From Spirochaetota bacterium (GTDB taxonomy: Bacteria; Spirochaetota; UBA4802; UBA5550), in the NCBI GenBank assembly GCA_963664815.2, contig CAXXHB010000003.1, forward strand, positions 2,432,001 to 2,496,000: DNA of 64,000 bases, given 5' to 3'. The position numbers and the translations under genes are program-made. The notes below the pieces were generated by a model. The model worked only from the letters and a program-made list of their open reading frames with translations, was not told the origin of the DNA and made no database searches. Shown here piece after piece: positions 10,446 through 19,327 of the stretch (positions are counted from its first letter, which is position 1; the number at the start of each line of letters is the position of its first letter).

Positions 10446-12382
10446 TTTTTAACCTCGCTTCGCCTGATTGCTCCGGAGGGGCATATATCGGCGCACACTC
10501 CGCATCCTGCACATAAAATTTCGTCAATCTGCGCATGCCCTTCAGATTTGTTCCACACAAGGCCCGGACAGCGGAACACTCGCGTACATACGCTGTCGCA
10601 TCCGCAGTCTTTTCCCCTGCATTTTGACGTCTCTACATTTACATCGTATACTTTTTTCCCCTTCTTCTCAGGGCTGAGCGCACATATCTGCCGGAGGATG
10701 AGTACCCGCGCGCCTTTACCGTTCTCCAGCATTTCAAGGATTGTCTTCTGGGTGCCAGGTATATCAAACGGATCTGACATGGCGACTTCTGCACCCAACG
10801 CCCTGCACACACCTGCTATATCAGTTGCGTCCGCCCTGTCTCCCATTGCGTCTACTCCAAGGCCCGGATGAGGCTGAAATCCGGTCATAGCTGTTCCTCT
10901 GTTGTCAAGAATAATCATCATCATATCAGATCCGTTATGTATTGCATTAACAAGCGGAGGCATCCCCGCATGAAAAAAAGTTGAGTCTCCGCATACCGAA
11001 ACTACCGGCTGTTCCATACCGAACATCTTCAGCTTGCCGAAACCGCTGGCAATACCTGTACCCGAACCCATTGCATGTGCAGTTTTAATTGTTCCAAAAC
11101 CAGCACCGAGTATTGCCATCGTATAGCATCCTATATCACCGCACACGAATCCATCCCTGTTATCCAGGGTGAGACTGTTGTTTATTGACCAGAAAGAAGC
11201 CCTGTGAGGACATCCCGGGCAGAACGTAAGCTCGCGATTAGGAGCCCTGGTAAACATTGCCATGTTGGCCTTCTGCTCGTATTCAGCAGACATCCCGCTA
11301 TATTCAACAGACAGTATTTTGATCAGCGCCTTTATAACATGATCAGGATTCATCTCGTTAACTGACGGGATGGTACCGTCAATCTTCCCGTAATATTTTT
11401 TTACACCGATCTCTTCAATATTATCCAATGCCAGTACTTTTACATTTTCCTCCATAAAAGGGAGAACCTCCTCGACAAAAAGTACGGATTTTGCTTTTGC
11501 AAGGTGCGATTTCACCAGTTTTTCAGGCAGAGGCCATGTTGTCCCGAGCTTTAGTATTCCCACCCGCTTCTCAAGTTTAAGCAGATTTACTGCCTCAATT
11601 GAGTACAGATTACACGCGCTGCTGGTTATGATAAGCGTTTCAGGATTCTCAGGTCCTGTATATGTATTGAACTTTGATGTTTCAAAAATTTCCGCAGCCT
11701 GTTTAAGTTTCTTCTGCTGATTCGCATGCCTCATAGGCACAGGGGCAGTTATTACAGGACCGGTCTGGGCATCAAGCAGATTGCCGTCAAATCTAAAAAA
11801 GGCTTTTTTATCGGACTCAGGGAGTTCTCCAAGCGTAACATTCCCGCTTGCATGAGACAGCCTTGTGACGCTCCTGACAAATACAACAGAATGAAGCAAT
11901 TCGGAAAGTTCAAAGGCCCACTTTGTCATCTCTTTTGCCTCCTGAAAGTTACCCGGTTCCAGAAGCGGAACTTCCACCATTTTGGCAAAATGCCTTGATT
12001 CACCTTCATTAACACTTGAGATTGAACCCGGATCATCACATGGCACAAGAACCATACCGGCACGTACACCTGACAGCGCAAGATGCAGTAAAAAATCGGA
12101 AGCTACGTTAACACCGTTCTGTTTCATCGGACAGAGCGAACGAAGACCTGCGAAAGAACCGGCCGCAGCCACTTCAAGAGAAACTTTTTCATTAACAGAC
12201 CATTCAACATATATATTTCTTTCATGTGCAACCGAAGCAAGGTTTTCAATAATCTCCGAAGACGGTGTACCGGGATATCCGGCCGCAACCTTAACACCGG
12301 CTTCAAGAGCTCCGCGGACTATTGCCTCGTTCCCCATGAACAGCACGGTTGTTCCTGCATTTTTATTCAGTAAATGGGACAT
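10442..12382 (-). CDS. iorA: Indolepyruvate:ferredoxin oxidoreductase alpha subunit
   Basis: GNEAIVRG, GYPGTPSSEI, EWSVNEKV, FCPGCPHR, GDIGCY, TPP motif GDSTFFH...LDN, C-terminal ferredoxin CAGCGVCADICP. Confidence 0.95.
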   Translation of the reverse strand: MSHLLNKNAGTTVLFMGNEAIVRGALEAGVKVAAGYPGTPSSEIIENLASVAHERNIYVEWSVNEKVSLEVAAAGSFAGLRSLCPMKQNGVNVASDFLLHLALSGVRAGMVLVPCDDPGSISSVNEGESRHFAKMVEVPLLEPGNFQEAKEMTKWAFELSELLHSVVFVRSVTRLSHASGNVTLGELPESDKKAFFRFDGNLLDAQTGPVITAPVPMRHANQQKKLKQAAEIFETSKFNTYTGPENPETLIITSSACNLYSIEAVNLLKLEKRVGILKLGTTWPLPEKLVKSHLAKAKSVLFVEEVLPFMEENVKVLALDNIEEIGVKKYYGKIDGTIPSVNEMNPDHVIKALIKILSVEYSGMSAEYEQKANMAMFTRAPNRELTFCPGCPHRASFWSINNSLTLDNRDGFVCGDIGCYTMAILGAGFGTIKTAHAMGSGTGIASGFGKLKMFGMEQPVVSVCGDSTFFHAGMPPLVNAIHNGSDMMMIILDNRGTAMTGFQPHPGLGVDAMGDRADATDIAGVCRALGAEVAMSDPFDIPGTQKTILEMLENGKGARVLILRQICALSPEKKGKKVYDVNVETSKCRGKDCGCDSVCTRVFRCPGLVWNKSEGHAQIDEILCAGCGVCADICPSGAIRRSEVKK

Positions 12383-12393
12383 GCCGTTCCTCC

Positions 12394-13506
12394 TTATAGT
12401 TTTTCATAAAAATTAAATGTATCACTGTTCATGCGCAGAAGGGACAGCCCCCCCTCTCTGTTAATCAAACCTCCATCCCTGCACTTCGCCATTCCTTTTT
12501 TCTTTTTGTTCATTGAAGCCTGTGAGAGACCATCCACATCACCGGCCTGTAAAATTTCAGCCTCTATAAACCCGGCTGAAATTGCAGCCTGTAAAATTTC
12601 CTCTCCGCGCTCGGTGCGTGTGATCAGAATATTCTGCTTCTCCCTCCCCTCGAATACACCAGCTGATATATCAGCAAATTCGGCAGTCATATCATAGCAG
12701 TATGAACATGATGCGGGAATAACAGCCCGTATTTCAGAAAGCGGAATATCCACGCTCTCAGCCGAAGCATACACTTTCATGATTTCCGCAGGCGGTGGAG
12801 GAATATCATATTTTTTTATCTTTGCTACATCTATTTTTGATTTAAGAATTTTTTCAAAGCTCATAGTATCAAGTGCCCATGTGCAGAAAAGACCTATAAC
12901 CAGAGCTGAGGTATCTGAAAAACCTTCAACCTCGAGGGGATTTGTCCGCATCTGTGTTACGGCAGTGACCTGGCAGGGTGTACCGACAATTCCAATTTTC
13001 TTATAACCGGAACTTACAGCTTCATTAAATCCAGCCACCACAGGGGACGCCGAATACCCGGTAGAGGCATATAACGGAATCTTCGCCGGATCTGTCACAA
13101 CAACCGGATTACCCCTGGCTCCTTTACGTTCTGTAACAACAGCGGCATCTATAATGCCACGATCAAGGGCAAACATCAGAAGACTGCTTACACACCCTGC
13201 TGTCTGGAAATCCTTCAGACTCACGGCTCTCCCGGCCTTTGCTGAACGTACCTGTATATAACTCCCCATAGGATCATTACCGTATGATTTACCGAACATG
13301 AACTGCGAAAGATTATCCAGATCAACCTCGGCTTTGGGACAGTACGCGAAACATCTGCCCTTCTCGCGTGAACACTGGAAGAGCATCACAGTTTTACCTT
13401 TGTGTGACTTGAAGTACGGACACAACGAAACGCAAGCGCCGCATCCGATGCACAGATTATTGTTAATCACGCCGGAGACAAGCTCCTTTGAACCCGCTAA
13501 CTGCAT
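12394..13506 (-). CDS. FrhB/FdhB-family (F420 hydrogenase beta-like) Fe-S flavoprotein
   Basis: N-terminal CIGCGACVSLCP, VGTPCQ, IGLFC, CSYCYDMTAEFADISAG, RTERGE. Confidence 0.88.
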   Translation of the reverse strand: MQLAGSKELVSGVINNNLCIGCGACVSLCPYFKSHKGKTVMLFQCSREKGRCFAYCPKAEVDLDNLSQFMFGKSYGNDPMGSYIQVRSAKAGRAVSLKDFQTAGCVSSLLMFALDRGIIDAAVVTERKGARGNPVVVTDPAKIPLYASTGYSASPVVAGFNEAVSSGYKKIGIVGTPCQVTAVTQMRTNPLEVEGFSDTSALVIGLFCTWALDTMSFEKILKSKIDVAKIKKYDIPPPPAEIMKVYASAESVDIPLSEIRAVIPASCSYCYDMTAEFADISAGVFEGREKQNILITRTERGEEILQAAISAGFIEAEILQAGDVDGLSQASMNKKKKGMAKCRDGGLINREGGLSLLRMNSDTFNFYEKL

Positions 13507-13640
13507 AAATCCCCCTTTTTATTAAAATCCGGCTTATCCTCTGATAATATAAAGATTATACATAACCGGGAGATTTCACCTCCCCCGTAATGAACTTTAA
13601 AACATTTATATTAACCAGACACCGTAAAAAATCGAATCCT

Positions 13641-14423
13641 TTACTCTTTCTTTTTAAATCCCGCTCCAGGCCGGTATCCCATCTGTTCAGAAATCCTCGA
13701 ACCGACATATTTTACTGCGTTGATTATCTCATCACGCTTATTTTCAATTTTATATGCATTACCGCTTAGCGATACAGCCGCGATACAGTCGCCGCTGTTG
13801 TTAAAAACAGGACCTGCGATACACGACAGTCCCGATATAGTCTCTTCAATGTCAAACCCCACACCTGTTTTTTTAACCTTATCCAGCTCCCTGATAAATC
13901 CATCCCTGTCTGGTATGGTATGTTCGGTGAATCTGGTGAACTCACATTTTGCTAGTATTCTGTCCCTTCTTGAAACAGTCATATATGCAAGCAGCACCTT
14001 GCCAAGGGATGATGAATGTACCGGTATTACAGACCCTGGCTGCGGGAAAACCATGTAATTACTGTCAGCTTCCACTTTCATAATAACTGTAAGCTTTTCG
14101 CCCATCATTATCCCTGCCTGTGCCATCTCACCATACTGCGTACAGAGCTTCTCCAGCCATATCCTTGCAATCATTGTAAGATCCATTGAAGTGGCATATT
14201 TCATACCAAGCTGAAAGAGCATTGGGCCCAGTCTGTATTTCATTGACATGGGGTCTTTTTCAAGATAGCCCATATCTTCAAGCGTTGAGGCCAGGTTCTG
14301 AACAGTCGCTTTTGGCATATCAAGTGCCCTTGAAAACTCTGTTATTCCCAGACTCTTCTCTTCAACAAGGAAAAGTTCGAGAATTTTCCCCGCTTTTATT
14401 AAAGAAAGTATTGATTTTGACAT
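13641..14423 (-). CDS. IclR-family transcriptional regulator
   Basis: N-terminal wHTH (GITEFSRALDMPKAT...LEDMGYL...YRLG), PVHSSSLGKVLLA, DIEETISGLSCIAGPVFN. Confidence 0.94.
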   Translation of the reverse strand: MSKSILSLIKAGKILELFLVEEKSLGITEFSRALDMPKATVQNLASTLEDMGYLEKDPMSMKYRLGPMLFQLGMKYATSMDLTMIARIWLEKLCTQYGEMAQAGIMMGEKLTVIMKVEADSNYMVFPQPGSVIPVHSSSLGKVLLAYMTVSRRDRILAKCEFTRFTEHTIPDRDGFIRELDKVKKTGVGFDIEETISGLSCIAGPVFNNSGDCIAAVSLSGNAYKIENKRDEIINAVKYVGSRISEQMGYRPGAGFKKKE

Positions 14424-14780
14424 TTTTGCCCTGTTTTATATATATTTGTTCAACATTGTCATACATGTTACACCATTATAATAAAATGTCAATAATTTTA
14501 TCTGTTTTTTAATTATACATTTTTATACATGAAACAGGCCTTCCACCTATTACATAAGGCACACCTGCTATATCTGTAATTCTGAACAGGATTACATGAT
14601 TTAAGGATTAGCGGGATTTCTGCTGACAGGGGTACTGTACACTAACGTACTTACGTTGTGCATCAACAGGTTTATGATCAATAACAGGGCAGATTTATGA
14701 CAAATATTACAATCTGTTTACAGAATATTCAATTTCGCTTCAGTTTCACTTCAATTACGTCTCAAACACGCTGCCGACAG

Positions 14781-15320
14781 TTATAAACGCGTGTTTTTCT
14801 CTTTAGGTAACGTTGCTGAAACGGTATTGAAACGGTTTTTAACAGGGTCTTCATACTGCTGAAGCACCGTTTCGGCAGATGAGTCTCTCCCTTTTAATAC
14901 ATTTGTATCGTCCTTTCCATATCCTGTTTTATTGTTTTCAGAACATGAGATCGTATAATAAGTAACGTCACAGGGAGCTGATACAACCGCTGCATCTTCT
15001 GTTAAGCTGCTTCCCGATGGAGATACAGGTGAATTTGGTGCAATTCCACGAAGGTATTCAGACATAAAGAGGTTATACCCTGCTTTTTTCTTCCTCTTTG
15101 CCCTCACTCTGTAAATAGCCTTCTCCTCTTCCGGAAGGTTCTGCCATGCTTTAACGCTGCCGCCGAAATTATCCCTGCATTTAACCTGTGGCTCTGTACG
15201 TGGATTCCCGGGAATTGTGCGTCTCTTAATGTAGATCTTTCCATATCGTCTGTAAAGCACAAGACCGTCCAGACCTCCATGGGCAGTTCTTAAATAGGGA
15301 TGGAGCTTTACCTTTGCCAT
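14781..15320 (-). CDS. Hypothetical basic protein with a conserved-looking ~90-aa N-terminal domain (HMG-box-like motif) and low-complexity tail
   Basis: AAGGAG SD; GLDGLVLYRRYGKIYIKR, NPRTEPQ, WQNLPEEEKAIY, GYNLFMSEYL. Confidence 0.75.
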   Translation of the reverse strand: MAKVKLHPYLRTAHGGLDGLVLYRRYGKIYIKRRTIPGNPRTEPQVKCRDNFGGSVKAWQNLPEEEKAIYRVRAKRKKKAGYNLFMSEYLRGIAPNSPVSPSGSSLTEDAAVVSAPCDVTYYTISCSENNKTGYGKDDTNVLKGRDSSAETVLQQYEDPVKNRFNTVSATLPKEKNTRL

Positions 15321-15435
15321 TCATTTACTCTCCTTATTTATTATTATTTTTTGTCGTTATATTGAGACTTATGCCTCTATATAACCAGTGCGGAAAAGCA
15401 AATGACATGGCGCAAGCAGAATTTTAAATTTTTTA

Positions 15436-16851
15436 TTACTGACGGCACTCTTTCCGTTCAGTTTCGATACATTCTATCTCTTCAATCAATTGTTCCCTGC
15501 CGGTTTCAACAGGTGTGCGTTTGAGATAATCAGATTTTCTTCTCCACCGCCCTGTTGAATAATATACAGTAACAAGGACTGCACCAATCCCCCACGCAAC
15601 AGGAACACCCCACCAGATTCCATCAGTTCCCATCCTGTACGAAAGCCATGTAGACACAGGAATACGTACAATCCATAAGGAGATCAGTGTAACAAACATC
15701 GGGATCATCGTATCTCCCGCTCCACGGAGAGCTCCGTTAAAAATGAACATGGTTGAAAATACAATATAAAAGCCACCTATGATAAGAAGGTAGCTCTGCC
15801 CGATATCTATTACGTTTTTATCCCCGTTGAACATGTTTATGAGATGATCACCGCCTAATATGACAATAAGAGATATAACAATTGAAATAATAGAAGAGAT
15901 AATAAGACCAGCCCTAAGTCCCTTCCAGACACGATCCATTTTACCGGCGCCGATATTCTGCCCTACAAACGTTGATACCGCTATTGACATATTCATCGCC
16001 GGCATCATAGCGAAGGCATCGATACGGCCTGCTGCTGTAAATGCAGCGATAGCATCTGTTCCGAAATTATTGACCAGGCGGGTAAGCGCCATCATTCCGG
16101 CAGCAACAAGCATCTGCTGTATGCCTGACGGAAGGCCGATCTTAACGCTTAGTCTGAAGATTTCCTTATCAAAACGGATTTTCCGCAGCCTCGGCACTAG
16201 CATGGGATTTTTTCTTTTCAGGTAATAAAGTCCTCCGATAAAAGAAACTCCCTGCGCAATAACGGTTGCAATACCGGCTCCCAGTATTCCGAATCTGAAG
16301 ACAATGACAAACAGTATTTCAAGAATTATATTTATCACTGTTGATGCAATAAGAAGATACAAAGGTGTCTTTGAATCTCCAAGTCCGCGCAGTATCGCGC
16401 TGATTGAATTGTATCCGAAAAGGAAAATAAGCCCGTACAACATCACATCTATGAATATCTTCGCATTATCGAATACAGCAGCGGGTGTATTAAGCAGATG
16501 CAGAATTGATCCGCTGAAAAATAATCCAAGAACTGTCATCATAAGCGAAGTTACAAAAAGAAAGATATAAGAAGTTTCAATAGTCAACTTGACCTTCTCA
16601 ATATCTCCTGCACCAAAGTATTGAGAGATAAGAACCGTTGTTCCCATGGTTATGCCCATAATCATGGCTATCAGAAGAAAAAGGACAGGAAATGATGCAC
16701 CAACAGCAGCAAGCGCCTCTTTGCCGATAACCTGACCGACAATGATAGAATCAAAAACATTGTAGAACTGCTGGAATATATTCCCGAGCAGCAGAGGCAG
16801 CGAAAAAAATATAATAAGCCTGAATTCACTCCCTTTTGTCATGTTCATCAT
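15436..16851 (-). CDS. MATE-family efflux transporter
   Basis: MTKG...PLLLGNIFQQFYN...DSIIVG, ILRGLGDSKTPL, GAGIAT, FVGQNIGA, LRGAGDT. Confidence 0.94.
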   Translation of the reverse strand: MMNMTKGSEFRLIIFFSLPLLLGNIFQQFYNVFDSIIVGQVIGKEALAAVGASFPVLFLLIAMIMGITMGTTVLISQYFGAGDIEKVKLTIETSYIFLFVTSLMMTVLGLFFSGSILHLLNTPAAVFDNAKIFIDVMLYGLIFLFGYNSISAILRGLGDSKTPLYLLIASTVINIILEILFVIVFRFGILGAGIATVIAQGVSFIGGLYYLKRKNPMLVPRLRKIRFDKEIFRLSVKIGLPSGIQQMLVAAGMMALTRLVNNFGTDAIAAFTAAGRIDAFAMMPAMNMSIAVSTFVGQNIGAGKMDRVWKGLRAGLIISSIISIVISLIVILGGDHLINMFNGDKNVIDIGQSYLLIIGGFYIVFSTMFIFNGALRGAGDTMIPMFVTLISLWIVRIPVSTWLSYRMGTDGIWWGVPVAWGIGAVLVTVYYSTGRWRRKSDYLKRTPVETGREQLIEEIECIETERKECRQ

Positions 16852-17037
16852 AGATGACGTATCTCCCTGCTTATAATAATTTGATTCATTGAATAAAGTA
16901 CTGCAGTTTTGTCGATCAGTAAAATTAAAACCGTATATTCATATACAGGAATAATTCTGGTTGGATACTTTTTTTATAGAAATATAATTTATTATGATAA
17001 AAATGTTCTTACATGCCATTTTGAACGTATGTGAGTG

Positions 17038-17139
17038 CTTCATCTCCGCTCAGCAACCATTTATAACGGTCAGTGAAACTGCCGAACTGCTCAGCAGCTA
17101 CCGCTTCTTCGAAATGCGATGTATTGAACCTGCCGAAAT
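17038..17139. repeat. Degenerate REP-like palindromic units
   Basis: CTTCATCTCCGCTCAGCAACC (17038-17058), CGGTCAGTGAAACTGCCGAACTG (17067-17089) and TGAACCTGCCGAAAT (17125-17139) resemble, from memory, GCTGAGCxxxxCGAAG-type intergenic repeats. Confidence 0.35.
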
Positions 17140-17196
17140 AACAGACGTTCTATTTCAATCATAAAAGTCCATGATTATTACAACAACTGACTCAGG

Positions 17197-18543
17197 TTAA
17201 AAAATTATCCCTGCTTTAATCAGTACATCATAATTTACACCCGATATTCTGTACTCGCCGTCTTTATCACCCAGATAACCGTTAAATGTTGCTCCCGCAG
17301 TAAAATTATTTATATCTGTATAACTTAAACCGGTTGATGCAATATATGATTTCTGTTTAATATTAGAGATTCCGTTAAGAGTCAGTGTAATATCGCTGAT
17401 AATAAACTCTTTAACTGTTATGAAAATTGCCGCATAGTATTTCGAAAAATAATTTGCATCATATAACCCGTGCCCTAAAAGATACGTTTTCATATTTCCG
17501 CCGGGAAGAGTATATGTTGTGCCGTCTTTTTTAAATACTACAGGTTCACTATATGAATAAATCTTTTTATCTTTTAACGGGTTATCCGTGTATCCCTCAC
17601 CGTTATAGAACATCTCTATACTTATATTCAGGGTATTTGCCTTCTCACCGAAATCGAAATCCCTTCCGAAATTTATACTTGCTTTATAAATATCTTTCTC
17701 ATCATCTTTTTCTGTTTTCAGAATTCCGGAATCATTAACTATCTTCTCTGTATTGCTTCCATGGGAATAACTTGCTTCACCCTTAACGTCTATGCCGAGA
17801 ACTCTGCTTGAAAAATCATATCCGTAAACAGGGTTTGATTCTTTCTTCCCCCATGCGGAGAATGCCATCTCAGTTTTATTTATAAGAAACTCAAACTTAC
17901 CGGCGCCGGCAACATCTTTTCCTTCACTTGACTCGTTCATGTTTGCAAATCCGTATATATTAATCACAGTGCCTATGGGTATATGCATTTTCAATCCATA
18001 TGTTCCCTCACGTTCCTCAAGCTTACTCAGAAAACTTTTCTTCTCAATATTTATCATATCTGTCGGGTTCCAGAGATAGCACTGCCCCCAGCTAAGTACC
18101 TGTTTACCCGTTCTGAAATAAACATATCTTTTAAGATTGAAATCAACGAATATTTCCTTGGTGGAGAATGTTGTCTGCTTTTCATCTGTCTCGTCTTCAT
18201 TAATCGACGCATCATGCTTCAGCTCAAAGGATCCGAATCCTTTGGATTCTCCGGGAAGACGCGCGTCAAAGAGAAGATCCCCAATGATGTAAGGTTTCAG
18301 TGCATCCGGCTGAATTGTGCTTACACCTGATGATTTGTCAATCTTCGAATATGAGAGAGCACTTATAATATCCCCGGAAATTGCCACTCCTCTTTTATCC
18401 ATCTCATTTTTAAGCGTGTTGTCCTGAATTTTATTCTCGATTACCGTTTCATTTCCGGAGAAAAGCTGGTCTTCATTGACCGGTTCATCTGCGGCAGTCA
18501 ATTGCGCCGGAATTAGTAATAATAACAACAGCAGCTTTTTCAT
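17197..18543 (-). CDS. Exported, probable outer-membrane beta-barrel protein, last gene of the Lol-like ABC cassette
   Basis: Signal peptide MKKLLLLLLLIPAQLTA, acidic N-terminus, RTGKQVLSWG...WNPTD motif, alternating beta pattern, terminal Phe. Confidence 0.72.
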   Translation of the reverse strand: MKKLLLLLLLIPAQLTAADEPVNEDQLFSGNETVIENKIQDNTLKNEMDKRGVAISGDIISALSYSKIDKSSGVSTIQPDALKPYIIGDLLFDARLPGESKGFGSFELKHDASINEDETDEKQTTFSTKEIFVDFNLKRYVYFRTGKQVLSWGQCYLWNPTDMINIEKKSFLSKLEEREGTYGLKMHIPIGTVINIYGFANMNESSEGKDVAGAGKFEFLINKTEMAFSAWGKKESNPVYGYDFSSRVLGIDVKGEASYSHGSNTEKIVNDSGILKTEKDDEKDIYKASINFGRDFDFGEKANTLNISIEMFYNGEGYTDNPLKDKKIYSYSEPVVFKKDGTTYTLPGGNMKTYLLGHGLYDANYFSKYYAAIFITVKEFIISDITLTLNGISNIKQKSYIASTGLSYTDINNFTAGATFNGYLGDKDGEYRISGVNYDVLIKAGIIF

Positions 18544-18552
18544 AATGTTATC

Positions 18553-19317
18553 CTATTTGCTGAGATTTTCCAGATACGGTTTTGTAAAAATTGAATTTTC
18601 AAGTTTAGCTGTTGATATACCGGATATCTCAACAAGCGTTTTATTCCCTTTTTCAAATTCATCTATGAACATCATTTTAATCGCGACATACCTTCCATCT
18701 ACAACTGTATAGTTCAGGTAATAAGATGTTTCCATCAGGGTTCCAGACAGAGAATAGGATTGTTCCTTGAGAGGGAGAAAATTATCCTTCCTTATCCAGT
18801 AGATCTTTTTCGGATAGTCAACATCGTTTACTATTGCCTTAACCTCAAATCTGTAAACAGGTATTTTACCTAATACCTCTTCAGAAAGTATCTCCTTTTT
18901 AGCACCGTCAAGAGACGGAGCGTAAAGCTCCGTAAGTTTTCTCTTTTCAAAATCCTGTGCATGAGCGTTGGTGCCGCCGATACTCTCATCCCTGTTTATA
19001 TGCTGGAATGTTCTTGTGTTTCTCCTGTACATCCAGAAGTTATCTCCAACCCTGAGATATCCATTTCCTTTATCAGACTCCGGAGCCGTCATAACTATAA
19101 GAAACGAGTCGTCGGAATCGCGTCTGTAGTATATCATCTCTATGTTTTTAGTCCCCTGGTTCACCTTCTGCTGTGTCAGGTTAACCTTAGCCCTTGCGTC
19201 AGATGTCATTTCCTGAATTTTCTCAATCTTTGAAAGCATTACTCCTACAGTAATTTCTGCAAATGCGGAAACTCCCGATATTAATATGATAAATGCAATT
19301 AAAAGTTTTCTTAACAT
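18553..19317 (-). CDS. LolA-like outer-membrane lipoprotein-sorting protein
   Basis: Signal peptide, APESDKGNGYL...NFWMY, SIGGT...DF, YPKKIYWI motifs. Start set at ATG 19317 after AGGAG SD (ORF track gives 19335). Confidence 0.85.
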   Translation of the reverse strand: MLRKLLIAFIILISGVSAFAEITVGVMLSKIEKIQEMTSDARAKVNLTQQKVNQGTKNIEMIYYRRDSDDSFLIVMTAPESDKGNGYLRVGDNFWMYRRNTRTFQHINRDESIGGTNAHAQDFEKRKLTELYAPSLDGAKKEILSEEVLGKIPVYRFEVKAIVNDVDYPKKIYWIRKDNFLPLKEQSYSLSGTLMETSYYLNYTVVDGRYVAIKMMFIDEFEKGNKTLVEISGISTAKLENSIFTKPYLENLSK

Positions 19318-19327
19318 GAATTGTCTC

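Noticed and set aside
14729-14761. Three imperfect 11-nt direct repeats (TCAATTTCGCT/TCAGTTTCACT/TCAATTACGTC)
   Set aside because: Too short and degenerate to separate from chance; no spacers, so not CRISPR.
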